A stretch of DNA of 40,172 bases from Octopus sinensis (Eukaryota): NCBI RefSeq assembly GCF_006345805.1, contig NW_021835431.1, positions 1 to 40,172 on the forward strand. The letters are read 5' to 3'. Below the pieces are notes generated by a model, which saw only the letters and a list, made by a program, of their open reading frames with translations, was not told the origin of the DNA and did no database searches. A program made the translations under genes and the position numbers. Of the stretch, positions 11,451-23,919 are shown piece by piece. Numbering within the stretch: the first letter of the stretch is position 1; every line of letters begins with the position of its first letter.

Positions 11451-11482
<32 letters not shown>

Positions 11483-11520
11483 CATACATACATATATACA
11501 TACATATATATATATATATA

Positions 11521-11636
11521 TTGGCCTGCTCACTTAGCCAGCGGGGTGGTGTCATTTGAAGGCTAAAACAATGCGAAGCGCATTGTGACCAGCCGATGTG
11601 TAGCAACATCTGACAACCTGGTCGGTCACGGTGATA
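11521..11636 (+). mobile_element. SINE tail type E (headless)
   Basis: TGGCCTGCTCACTTAGCCAGCGGGGTGG..GGTCGGTCACG, also at 28470-28590. Confidence 0.7.
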
Positions 11637-11698
11637 TATATATATATATATGATGATTTCTTTTGATTGAAACAGTTCTGTCCTGTAGAAGCTCCTTC

Positions 11699-11758
<60 letters not shown>

Positions 11759-11781
11759 ATGTACAACATACATACATACAT

Positions 11782-11835
<54 letters not shown>

Positions 11836-12327
11836 AAAAAATACAAACTGGGACAAGAACGCAAAACATTTAGAAGACGATACAAAAAAACACGGACGTG
11901 ACATTCGCAGCCTTCAATCTTCAGTCAAGACCGGATCATCCTCGCAATTTCGGCTGATACATATACTCTTCTTTCAAAACTGAACCCAGAACCATGTGGT
12001 TGGGAATCAAGTCTCTTACTACACAGCCACGCCTGGGCCCAGTAGAAGGAAGATGTACGGTCAAAAATGGAAGGCCGTTTTCTTACAAATGTACTCATTA
12101 AGATTTGAGCTGTAACCAAACGTGAAAAAACACAAAGCTGAATGTCTGATATCTTTCAGATATCACCAAGAGCTACCAGATATTACTAGTCCAGAGCTAT
12201 CATCGTCGTGGTTAAAGAAATGTTTTTTTATATTTTCCTTGTTTTAATAATTGAATTGAGGCTATGTCGATTGTGATCGAGGCGGGTGCATCATGAAGGG
12301 TTTTTAACCGACTGAAGGGTTTTTAAT

Positions 12328-13002
12328 CAACTTATAAACAAGGGCAAAAGAAAAATATTTCTAATGCCAAATATGCCGAAACTACACACATCGTCCATAA
12401 CCATATATGTCATCACTATAATGGAAGCACTCCGTCGGTTACGACGACGAGGGTTCCGGTTGATCCGAATCAACGGAACAGCCTGCTCGTGAAATTAACG
12501 TGTAAGTGGCTGAGCACTCCACAGACACGTGTACCCTTAACGTAGTTCTCGGGGATATTCAGCTTGACACAGAGAGTAACAAGGCCGGCCCTTTGAAGTA
12601 CAGGTACAACAGAAACAGGAAGTAAGAGTGAGAGAAAGTTGTGGTGAAAGAGTACAGCAGGGATCACCACCATCCCTGCCGGAGCCTCGTGGAGCTTTAG
12701 GTGTTTTCGCTCAATAAACACTTACAACGCCCGGTCTGGGAATCGAAACCGCGATCCTACGACCGCGAGTCCGCTGCCCTAACCACTGGGCCATTGTGCC
12801 TCCACAATTCATCACTATAAGCACGCTTCTCGAAGAAAGCTGATAGAAATTTCTAAAAAATTCCGTTATTACTATATCGGACCCGCGGCTTTCTTCGAGA
12901 CGCGTGCATATAGTGATGAATCATATGGTTATGGATGATGTGTCTAGTTTCGGCATATTTGGTATTAGAAATTTTATTCTTTTGGCCCTTGTTTATAAGT
13001 TG
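12328..13002. mobile_element. Foldback MITE with ~120-bp terminal inverted repeats, interrupted by a SINE
   Basis: Left arm CAACTTATAAACAAGGG..GCCAAATATGCCGAAACTA..CATCACTATA|AGCACGCTTCTCGAAGAAAGC; right arm is its near reverse complement, ending CCCTTGTTTATAAGTTG. Confidence 0.8.
12422..12808 (-). mobile_element. tRNA-derived SINE family C, full length
   Basis: Head GTGGAGGCACAATGGCCCAGTGGTTAGG, B box GTTTCGATTCCC. TSD TCATCACTATAA at 12410-12421 and 12809-12820. Confidence 0.92.
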
Positions 13003-13401
13003 CTTATAAATTTAACCTTTAAAGGTATTTTTTAATATGCTGGCCATTGGTGAAAATATTTTTTCTAAAAATGTTATCCTATATTAGATATATATATATA
13101 TATATATGTACATGAGACCCACTCACCCAGGTGAAACCCAGCCGGGGTTGATCACTCAGGTCACTCTAGCCGGACTACAGCTTGTGTCCACTTTGCACTA
13201 GGCTTTCTAGTGCTCTTACCTCCTGATCCACAGGCAACTTATTAGCCTTCCGACACACATACACACACACATACACATACACACATATGCACATACACAT
13301 ACATAACTGAAGAGCTTAATACCAATTTAAGTCTGAAGGCTGTTGGATAATGATGTCTATCTATCTATCTTCTTGTTTTTCCCTCTCTCTCTCTGTATCT
13401 A

Positions 13402-13438
<37 letters not shown>

Positions 13439-13447
13439 TAAGAAATG

Positions 13448-13509
13448 TTGAGTTGACGAAGGAAATGCTGAGTTTTATTTCGGCTAATCTAGAAACGTGA
13501 CGTTCTCAA
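13448..13509 (+). ncRNA. Type I hammerhead-ribozyme-like motif (variant core)
   Basis: UUGAG-UUGACGA-A-(stem II region)-A-GAAAC-GUGAC-GUU-CUCAA. 5-bp stem I UUGAG/CUCAA. Confidence 0.4.
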
Positions 13510-13886
13510 ATGATCTTTGTACTTGTGATATTTTACTGTTTTACCTCCATATCTTCGTGAGTTATTTTTGAGTAAACATTATCTGGGAGAATTTTTCTTA
13601 AAGTAGTGGAAATGGCTAAAAAACTTTTTGGCTGCTATTTCTAGAAAGTTCAGTATGTGGCAAAGTAATTTATTTTACTAAGCCCTAATTATATAATGTA
13701 ATATTTTGAATACGCCTTAAATGGTCCTTTTACATACTGAACACTAATTGGTGAAATTCATTAATAACTAATTAATTTTACCCTCAATTATTGCTATATA
13801 TATATATTATATATATATATATATGTACATATGTGTGTGTATTGTATATATATTCACACACATACATACATATAAACATGCATATG

Positions 13887-13943
<57 letters not shown>

Positions 13944-14884
13944 CATACATATATCACATGCATATTCACACGCACACACACACACATATATATATATCTG
14001 TGCATCCAATAGATTTATTTTTCACGGTCTCTTGGTGTAATACTAGCTACTTCATAAAACGGTTAATGTTCAGCATTATCCGATTTCAGCTGCACCAGGT
14101 GGTCATATGCGTGTATTTATATACATCCATACATACATACATACACGCACACACGCACACATATATGAACACACATATGTGTATATGTGTGTGTGTGTGT
14201 GTGAGCTGTACATGGTGAAGGTGATACGAGCCATCTTTTCTATTTCTGTCGGTTATATTATATGCCCCATTTATTGTTACACAATATCACGTCGTTACGA
14301 CATATTGGCATTGATTTCATAACAGGGAGTAGTGAGAGGACAATGGTAGGGGGTATGGTAGTGGTGGTGGTTGTGGTGGTAGTTGCGGTGGTGGTGGTGC
14401 TGAATCTAGATTGCCAGAATTTGTGGACAACCGTAATATATCACGGTGTTTAACTACAGCTGTTTACGTTCTGATTTCAAATCCCGACGAGGCCGACCAC
14501 ACTTTCCTTTCCTCCGAGATCGATATAGCAAAGTCCTCGTCAGGAACTTTCGTGAGCAAATTTTTTTTATTATCAGCTATACCTGCTCACATAACGAGTA
14601 GCCTTGTCTCAAGGTTATAATAATCTTAAGAGCAGTGGATTAGCAAAACCGTTAGAGCATCGGTTTTGCTAATCCCCCCAACGATTGGGTCGCGGACCAG
14701 TGCTAGATCATAGATCATTCTGAACCGGACCGCACAAAAGAATAGATTTTAAAATTTTATTTTGTCGTATAGTCGTATTGACTATCACAGTTTGCAGGGT
14801 GTTTTTACAGTACACACACACACGCACACTCTCACGCACCCCCACACACACACATGCACGCACACACACACACATGCCGTACTT

Positions 14885-15225
14885 GAGAAGACCCGTCAAG
14901 CCGAGTGAAATCGTAGTCGCGGCCGATGATGCCGGTGTCACGTAACTGGCCCCCGTGCTGGTGGCACGTAAAAAAGCACCTTTCGAGTCTTAGGCCTCAT
15001 GTAGACTATGACACACGACCAAGACCTTTCGCAACATGTCGTGCTCGAAAAGAAGACTCACCAGGCCAAGTAAAATAGTAGTCGTGGTAGATACTAGTGT
15101 CACGTGCAACTGATACCAGTGCCGGTGGCACGTAAAAGCACCATTATAGTCTCTGAGTGGTTGACATTAGGAAGGTCATGCAACCGTAGAAACCATGCCA
15201 AATCAGACTGGAGTCTAGTGCAACC
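14885..15225 (+). mobile_element. SINE-like 3' region with internal tandem duplication
   Basis: Two units containing GAAGAC(C/T)C..CAAG..AAAT(C/A)GTAGTCG..GGTGGCACGTAAAA..GCACC about 165 bp apart, then ggttgacattaggaagg tail. Confidence 0.55.
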
Positions 15226-15804
15226 CCTCATGATATTATTATTATTATTATTATCGGCTGACAAAATGTGAATATGTCTTCTATCTTCTCTCACTGAAAC
15301 TCGACTTTTTTTTTCAAGTTTTACAAGAGGAAAATATCTTTGGAGTGAGTACTAGTCAAAATGAATTTCAAATACCGGAGCACAGCTTGCACCGATACTC
15401 CGGGGTTGACGGGTAAAGTTTGTTTTTACAGACTATTTTTTTTTAGTTGTTTATCCATTCTGACCAAGCTTCAGGTTCGAAACTTCTGACATACGAACCA
15501 AAATGTAACAGTAAAGAAGAGAAAAAGGGCAGCACAGAAACAAACTGTACCCCAGGAGGAATAAAATATAAAAAAATAAATAATCACTTTTAAATAAATA
15601 ATTGATATAAGAAAAATATTTCGAACAGCTTAACAAATAATTTTGAAAAAACTTTACGAACAACACCATCACTCACACGAAAATAAATAATGTAAGTCAT
15701 TCATATTGTAGTTAAAGCTATTGTTTATTTTTCTGTTGTAACACAAACAGTATTTTTAGACTTTAAATAGTTCCCGTAAAAAATAGTTGGAAAATATTTT
15801 CTAA

Positions 15805-16210
15805 GGCGCAGGAGTGGCTGTGTGGTAAGTAGCTTGCTAACCAGCCACATGGTTCTGGGTTCAATCCCACTGCGTGGCATCTTGGGCAAGTGTCTTCTGC
15901 TATAGCCCCGGGCCGACCAATGCCTTGTGAGTGGATTTGGTAGACGGAAACTGAAAAGAAGCCCGTCGTATATATGTATATATATGTATATACATGTGTG
16001 CGTGTATGTTTCTGTGTCTGTGTTTGTCCCCCTAGCATTGCTTGACAACCGATGCTTGTGTGTTTACGTCCCCGTCACTTAGTGGGTCGGCAAAAGAGAC
16101 CGATAGAATAAGTACTGGGCTTACAAAGAATAAGTCCCGGGGTCGATTTGCTCGACTAAAGGCGGTGCTCCAGCATGGCCGCAGTCAAATGACTGAAACA
16201 AGTAAAAGAG
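15805..16210 (+). mobile_element. SINE family A/B, full length
   Basis: Head GGCGCAGGAGTGGCTGTGTGG through tail GACTGAAACAAGTAAAAGAG. Confidence 0.92.
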
Positions 16211-16668
16211 TATTGCTTTACCGCAGGAGTTAATCCAACAGAGAGCAAAATAAAAAAAAGAAATGTACCTGTGTTTGAAGAAGGATAATGGTGGTGTTGA
16301 ATTACTAGCAAAGCAGCAATAAAAAGTACAGGACGATAAGTAATTGAGGGAGAAATTCTCTTCATGGAAAGGGAGGAAAATTATTGTAATGCAGTACAGC
16401 GTGTCGTGTCGAAATTTCTGGCAAAGTGAATTGCGCTATGGTGCTGTTTTTCTCCCAGACAGTGTCCAACTGACCCTACTATACTGTGTAGTCAACAAAA
16501 TAAAAAATAAGCAATGTACATGCGCGAAATAAAAAGAAAATTAAATGGCGACATTTTATCCATCGCACAGAGTCTATACGACTCATAGAGTCGTATAGAC
16601 TCTGTGAATCTTCATCGTTTATCCTTATCCAAATTACGAATTAAAAGCAATGCAGTATATGGATTTTG

Positions 16669-17104
16669 GGATCTTTTCGGTTTGAACGGCAGTTTTTTAA
16701 AATAATTCCACGTAACTAAACACTTTTAAACTTCGTATACTGGTAGAATGTGTTTATAAAACATCTTTTTCTCTTGGCTTTATTTAGAAAATTCTATAGT
16801 TTGTAAGATATTTGTTGTTTGTTTTCTTCAATTTCTGCAATTTCAACCAATCAATGACGTCTATTGAGGTGAAAACATTCTGTGCCGTATGAATATGTCC
16901 CTCGTTAAAAACAGATTGGGTTTATTTACATTTCTGAAGAAAAAAAGATACCCTTCCCCCCACCCCTAACCCTAACTAACCCTAACTCTAACCCTAACCC
17001 TAAAACAGATTGAAATGCAATAGATCGATACTAGGGTCATAATTATGGGTGACAATTTCATATGACACCGCTAGAAAAAACTGCCGTTCAAACCGAAAAT
17101 ATCC
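16669..17104. mobile_element. MITE with 30-bp TIRs containing telomere-like (CCCTAA)n
   Basis: GGATCTTTTCGGTTTGAACGGCAGTTTTTT (16669-16698) and AAAAAACTGCCGTTCAAACCGAAAATATCC (17075-17104), one mismatch. Confidence 0.85.
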
Positions 17105-17291
17105 ATGATTTTTGTATACAATTATCATTGTATACAACTGCACTTTTAAAAAGAGCCAATAAACGGGCTGAAATTGTTAGATATATCTCTGTTCATATAC
17201 TTGTATTTCATTATATGTGGGCAAAGAAATACAAGAGACAATGCAAATGATATTGACTCGTGACTGGTCGTCATTTTTGTATCGCAGATCT

Positions 17292-17667
17292 TTTTTTCTT
17301 TCTTCTTCTTTTTCTCCGTCGGTTACGACTCAACGGAACAGCCTGCTCGGGAAATTAACGTGAAAGTGGCTGAACACTCCACAGACACGTGTACCCTTAA
17401 CGTAGTTCTCGGGGATATTCAGCGTGACACAGAGAGTGACAAGGCCGGCCCTTTGAAGTACAGGTACAACAGAAACAGGAAGTAAGAGTGAGAGAATGTT
17501 GTGGTAAAAGAGTACAGCAGGGATCACCACCATCCCCTGCCGGAGCCTCGTGGAGCTTTTAGGTGTTTTCGCTCAATAAACACTCACAGCGCCCGGTCTG
17601 GGAATCGAAACCGCGATCTTATGACCGCGAGTCCGCTGCCCTAACCACTGGGCCATTGCGCCTCCAC
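17292..17667 (-). mobile_element. SINE family C, full length
   Basis: TSD TATCGCAGATCT at 17280-17291 and 17668-17679; (GAA)n tail. Confidence 0.92.
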
Positions 17668-18068
17668 TATCGCAGATCTAGGAAAGAAAGGAAAGGACAC
17701 CAGCAGAGATTATCTGAAGCAGCAACGAATGCAGCGAATTCTGGTTTGTCATTCACAAACCGAAATGTTATCATTCACAGCTCCGAAAATGGTTTTGGAG
17801 ATAAGCTCGTCTCCTGTCCTAGAAATAAATCAGCAGGGACCTTGTCCTCTAACTGTAGGAACCAGTAGTAAGCAGTAGCAACGCTCTATCGTCGTGTGAC
17901 GAGAAAGTGTTAATGGTTTCAGAAGAAAGTTTCCAAGATCTTGGATGAAATGCATAAGAAAAAAAAAGAAAAAAAAAAAAAAAACAAGCAGAAGAGAAAA
18001 AGTCGCAAAATCTGAAAAGTCAACAGCAACAGAAAATAACTAAACTAGGTGAGGATAAATGTCCTTCT

Positions 18069-18484
18069 TATTTATTTTCCTGTCCACAAGGGGCCACACA
18101 CAGAGGGGAAAACAAGGACAAACAAACAGATTAAATCGATTACATCGACCCCAGTGCGTAACTGGTACTTAATCTATCGACCCCGAAAGGATGAAAGGCA
18201 AAGTAGACCTCGGCAGAATTTGAAATCAGAACGTAACGGCAGTCGAAATACATATTTCTTTACTACCCACAAGGGGCTAAACATAGAGGGAACAAACAAG
18301 GACAGACAAAGGGATTAAGTCGATTACATCGACCCCAGTGCGTAACTGGTACTTAATTTATCGACTCCGAAAGGATGAAAGGCAAAGTCGACCTCGGCGG
18401 AATTTGAACTCGGAACGTAACGACAGACGAAATACGGCTACGCATTTCGCCCGGCGTGCTAACGGTTTTGCCAGCTCGCCGCCT
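18069..18484 (-). mobile_element. SINE family D dimer (one head + 2 bodies)
   Basis: Junction GAAATA-CA-TATTTC at 18245-18258. Confidence 0.9.
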
Positions 18485-18807
18485 TACTTTTTACATACAG
18501 TATTGTTTGTTCCAACTGGCCAAATAAGACAGCTACAAATTACTTTAAGTATGTTTGTGTGTTGTTTATCTTTCTCTAAAGTATTTTCAGTGTTGTGAAT
18601 ATATTGTGAAAGAATTGTATAACGTAAAATTACTCCGAGGATTTTCGTCTTTTGTGATGGTCAATTATATTTGATATTCTCTGGTGCTGCCGGGTAAAAA
18701 AAAGAAAAAGGACAAAGAAAGCAGAAAGACGGTAAATTTAGTTGCTATTATTTTACCACGTTAGCTTCCGAACCTCAGTTAATCCCAGAGTTCTTTTTCT
18801 TTTTCTT

Positions 18808-19185
18808 TTTACTTGTTTCAGTCAGTTGACTGCGGCCATTCTGGAGCACCGCCTTTAGTCGAGCAAATTGACCCCAGGACTTATTCTTTGTAAGCCCAGT
18901 ACTTATTCTATCGGTCTCTTTAGCCGAACCGCTAAGTGACGGGAACGTAAACACACCACAATCGGTTGTGAAGCAATGCTAGGGGGACAAACACAGACAC
19001 ACAAACATATACACACACATACATATATACGACAGGCTTCTTTCAGTTTCCGTCTACCAAATCCACTCACAAGGCATTGGTCGGCCCGGGGCTATAGCAG
19101 AAGACACTTGCCCAAGATGCCACGCAGTGGGACTGAACCCGCAACCATGTGGTTGGTTAGCAAGCTACTTACCACACAGCCACTC
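18808..19185 (-). mobile_element. SINE family A/B
   Basis: Near-identical to the copies at 15805 and 30398. Confidence 0.9.
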
Positions 19186-19239
19186 CAGTTCCAGTTCGAT
19201 ATCTTAATTAATTTTGATATGAGCGCCATAGTATTTTTA

Positions 19240-19690
19240 CACTGTAGTATATGAGAAACAAGGCTGACCGATGAGCTGCGTGCGTCCTGCAAACGTACCA
19301 ACACGACCTTCAGTTGGGCCGTGTGGGAGTTAAGATGTTTAATCCGTTGTTGTTCAGTAGTGTCTCAGATGAAAGGTCGGTGAATATGAGTGAGATGTCA
19401 TCTGCGTATAAGAATGTGCGTAGGCTTTACGGAGGCGTAAAAACATAATGGTATATTTAAAAAGAATGAGCGAGACGACGGAAATGGTAGATTCTGGAAG
19501 AGTTTCTTTTACAATACATATTCTTGACGACGCTACGGGTATTTGCCAGCCTGCAATTTATGTTATTTTTTACGGATTAGCCAAATATATATATATATAT
19601 ATATTTGTGTAGGTTGAGTCGAAGTAATTGCTAATGTCGGTGTTGTTTGCTCAGACGATGTCTGTAGGAGGTCTTTTTGTTGTGGAAGCC
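19240..19690 (-). pseudogene. Highly decayed non-LTR reverse transcriptase fragment (clade uncertain)
   Basis: Minus-strand TFLYADDISL (YADD at 19397-19408); upstream KRPP..DISNYFDS resembling D(L/I)SKAFD, and a PQGS-region-like PESTISVVSLILFKY. Confidence 0.55.
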
Positions 19691-19710
19691 ATTATGAATT
19701 CTCTATATTA

Positions 19711-20678
19711 TATTTCTTTACTACCCACAAGGGGCCACACACAGAGGTGACAAACAAGGACAGACAAACGGATTAAGTCGATTATATCGACCCTAGTGCG
19801 TAACTGGTACTTATTTAATTGACCCCGAAAGGATGAACGGCAAAGTCGACCTCGGCGGAATTTCAACTCAGGACGTAACGGCAGACGAAATACATATTTC
19901 TTTACTACCCACAAGGGGCCAAACACAGAAGGGACAAACAAGGACAGACAAACGGATTAAGTCGATAATATCGACCCCAGTGCGTAACTGATACTTATTT
20001 AATCGACCCCGAAAGGATGAAAGGCAAAGTCGACCTCGGCGGAATTTCAACTCAGGACGTAATGGCAGACGAAATACATACTTCTTTACTACCCACTAGG
20101 GGCTAAACACAGAGAGGACAAACAAGGACAGACAAAGGGATTAAGTCGATTACATCGACGCCAGTGCGTAACTGGTACTTAATTTATCGACCCCGAAAGG
20201 ATGAAAGGCAAAGTAGACCTCGGCGGAATTTGAACTCAGAACGTAACGGCAGACGAAATACATACTTCTTTACTACCCATAAGGGGCTAAACACAGAGAG
20301 GACAAACAAGGACAGACAAACGGATTAAGTCGATTATATCGACCCCAGTGCGTAACTAGTACTTATTTAATCGACCCCGAAAGGATGAAAGGCAAAATCG
20401 ACCTCGGCGGAATTTCAACTCAGGACGTAACGGCAGACGAAATACATATTTCTTTACTACCCACAAGGGGCTAAACACAGAGAGGACAAACAAGGACAGA
20501 CAAACGGATTAAGTCGATAATATCGACCCCAGTGCGTAACTGGTACTTATTTAATCGACCCCGAAAGGATGAAAGGCAAAGTCGACCTCGGCAGAATTTG
20601 AACTCAGAAGGTAGCGGCAGACGAAATACCACTAAGCATTTCGCCCGGCGTGCTAACGTTTCTGCCAGCTCGCCGCCT
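19711..20678 (-). mobile_element. SINE family D multimer: one head + 5 tandem 184-bp bodies
   Basis: Unit boundaries at 19711, 19895, 20079, 20263, 20447. Flanking direct repeat ATATTA (CTATATTA with overlap) at 19703-19710 and 20677-20684. Confidence 0.92.
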
Positions 20679-20959
20679 ATATTAGATTGGTCAAGTGTCG
20701 TGTGATGGCTGACTATAGTGGTGTGAATCAGTGATGTGATTTGAAAGGGTAAATATGCGGGCTCGTGATACCAAGTATAAGTACCATCTGTGTATTGGGG
20801 TCAAGCCATTTAGCAATACACTTCCATACGATATTGTGGCCCGCTGCTCAAGCTCAAAACTAGTGTTATAGGCGAATGCTGGACGTTCGAATCGAACAGA
20901 GATATAGCAAAACTGATGCACTGCAAACGAGGCCACCATGATCAGCAAAACCCCGGAGC

Positions 20960-21785
20960 CCATGTGGCTGTGTGGTAAGACGCTTGCTTACCAACCATAT
21001 GGTTCCGGGTTCAGTCCCACTGCGTGGCACCTTAGGCAAATGTCTTCTACTATAGCCTCGGGCCGACCAAAGCCTTGTGAGTGGATTTGGTAGACGGACA
21101 CTGAAAGAAGCCCGTCGTATATATGTATATATATATATATATATTGCTTTTACGTCCTGTTCTTGTCACTTTTTTTCTTTCCTTTTTTTACCCCTCTGCA
21201 AAAGAATTTTATTTAATTCATTTTGCAGGAAGGATTGCTTCGGCCGGATCGTGTTCTGCCCTTACCTTCGAAACACGCATTGAGGTCGAACCAGGGGAGC
21301 TGATGAAGGGGAATATTCCTTGTATGGTTTGTCCTGTACTCTGTTTTTTCGTTGTTAAAAAAAGTCCGTTTCCTTGTTCTATTATGTTTTCGTTTCTTTG
21401 TGTTCTACGTTTATTTGTGGTGTCCTGTACTAATATATATATATATATATATAATATATAGGTACGTACATATATGTATGTATGTATGCATATGTCTTAT
21501 TTGTTAAATCGTTATTATATATATACATATATATATATGTATGTATGTATTTGTGTGTGTGTTTGTGTGTCTGTGTTTGTCCCCCCAACATCGCTTGACA
21601 ACCGATGATGGTGTGTTTACGTCCCCGTAACTTAGCGGTTCGGTAAAAGAGACCGATAAAATAAGTACTAGGCTTACAAAGAATAAGTGCTGGGGTCGAT
21701 TTGCTCGACTGAAAGGCGGTCCTCCAGCATGGCCGCAGTCACATGACTGAAACAAGTAAAAGACAAAAAGAGTAAAAGAGAGTAT
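20960..21785 (+). mobile_element. SINE family A/B split by an insertion (about 21143-21433) in its internal (TA)n
   Basis: Head 20960-21120, tail 21550-21785, unrelated T-rich block between. Confidence 0.8.
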
Positions 21786-21806
21786 ATACAGAAATATACA
21801 GTATCA

Positions 21807-22190
21807 TCTCTCTCTATATAAAGCTGAAGTTGTCTGTGTGTGGTAGGTTTGGTAGCCTTCAACTAACACTATCTCCTTCGAGACCCTGCGGCACAAAAAT
21901 TGAGAGTATGATAGAAGAAGGCTTGCTCTTCCTTCCGTAGAAGAAAATCTTCAAATCGGACCGTGTTAACACCAAAAATTATTTACATCAAAAAGGTGCT
22001 ATTTTTCTATGAAAATCCCTATTTTTTACGATATTTTGACTGCTGTGTCGCCATTTTTCGGTGTATTTCAACCAGAAAAATGTTCACTTAAAGAGAATAA
22101 CAAGCTACATAATGCAAAATTTTTACTTTTCAAAAATTCCAATTCTAAAGGGTTGAAACAAACCCGAGCAACGCCGGGCGATACTGCTAG
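21807..22190 (+). mobile_element. Non-autonomous Helitron
   Basis: A|TCTCTCTCTATATAAAG start; hairpin CCCGAGCAACGCCGGG (22163-22178); end CTAG|T. Confidence 0.85.
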
Positions 22191-22899
22191 TACTGAATAG
22201 AGGTGAACAAGCATGTCGAGGTGTCAAACTGTACCTGTCAAAATAAAGAAGGGCATATTGGAATGTAGTTTCCCAGTCCTCGATTGGGAACGGGATAGAG
22301 ATTTTCACGGGTTTACGTTTTTGATTCACAATTAATTAGACCATACGTTCAAAGGGCCGTAAAGCAGCTCCAGTATAAATGAGCGGGTACCGAGTTGTGG
22401 GGTAGCAAGTTCGACACCATGAAAATTACAGAAAGTTTCTATGTGGTCATTCGATATGCCAGAAATAGTACTCAAATCTCCTTCACTGCACACCCAGCCA
22501 TATTTAGAAAGGGAAGGAGCAAAACTATAACACTGGGAATAGCTGGGAGCCTCTACATGGTTATTCGAGTTGTCAGAAATAGCAGCTATATCACCCTCAA
22601 ATTATGAACGACAATCTTTGAAAAAGGGAAGGATGCATTGGATGTTGTATTTCAAGACACCCTTAAGGGAGTAGGGATGGTCCTGGGTGAATCGTCTTTG
22701 ATCACGTGTCTGTACAGTCAGGGTTGACCTGGGGTTAAATAGCAAGACGACAACAACAACATGTGTGATTAGGACACTACTGTATTGTAAAAAGAAAGAC
22801 GTAAAGTAATCAATGATGTATAAAAGAGGCAGGATGGTCATGGCTAGATCGCCGATACTCAAAGGTCTCCTCGATAGTCAAAGCCTGGGGTTAAGTTAC

Positions 22900-22921
22900 A
22901 ATGACGACTACAACGACGACG

Positions 22922-22953
<32 letters not shown>

Positions 22954-23713
22954 CACGATCACGACCTAGACCACGACCACGACCACCACGACCACCATCG
23001 TAATCAACACCACCACCACCACCAACCACAATCACCGCCACCGCCACTACGGCCGCCACCATCGCTGCCAACCTCCATCATCGCTGCCACCCTCCCCCGC
23101 AGCTGCCGCCACAACCACCACCACCACCACCACCACCACCACCACACCACCACCACCACCACCACCACCACCACCACCACCACCACCACCACCACCACCA
23201 TGACCAACGCCAGTAGCAACAACAGCAGCGGCAGCGGACGCAACACCACCCCCATCGTATCATCCTCCTCCTCCTCCTCCTCCTCCACCTCGGCCTCCTC
23301 ATCAGCACGAAAACACAATCCACCTCCGCCAGCCTCCGCATCATCTAACAACGCATCGTCGTACCCCACGGAATCTTGTCCTCTGTCGCTTCCACACCTC
23401 TGTCACCTCATCCTCCTCCACTCGTCATACCCTGCATCATTGTCATCATCGCAACCGCCTGTTGCCTTGCCAACGGTCGCCATGGATATTGTCATCGCCG
23501 TATTGCAAGGAATAATAAATAAATAAGTCTCCGCTACTTCCAGCTTCTCCATCGACGGACAGGGGGGGGGAGTGCGGTGGTGAAGGGGATGGCGCGGTTT
23601 TAGGCGTCGGCATCTTACAGCAGCCACTACTACTGCTACTACTACTACTACTACTATTACTACTACCACCAGCAATAGTACTACTCATACCACCATTACT
23701 ATTACTACTATAC

Positions 23714-23749
<36 letters not shown>

Positions 23750-23805
23750 CACCACTAATACTACTACTACTACCACCATCACTACTACTACAACTACTAC
23801 TACTG

Positions 23806-23836
<31 letters not shown>

Positions 23837-23863
23837 CAGCAGTAGTACTACTACTACCACCAT

Positions 23864-23919
<56 letters not shown>

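Noticed and set aside
11908-11956. Minus-strand CAGCC-GAAA..GUC-UUGA-CUGAAGA..GGCUG, type II hammerhead-like
   Set aside because: Only 4 nt between GUC and the core, so stem I cannot form, and 5 extra nt precede stem II. At most a pLTR remnant.
17563-17868. 101-aa ORF
   Set aside because: First third is antisense SINE; remainder has no recognisable motif.
22813-23526. 237-aa His/Thr/Ser-rich ORF
   Set aside because: Built from trinucleotide microsatellites; no domain or splice support.
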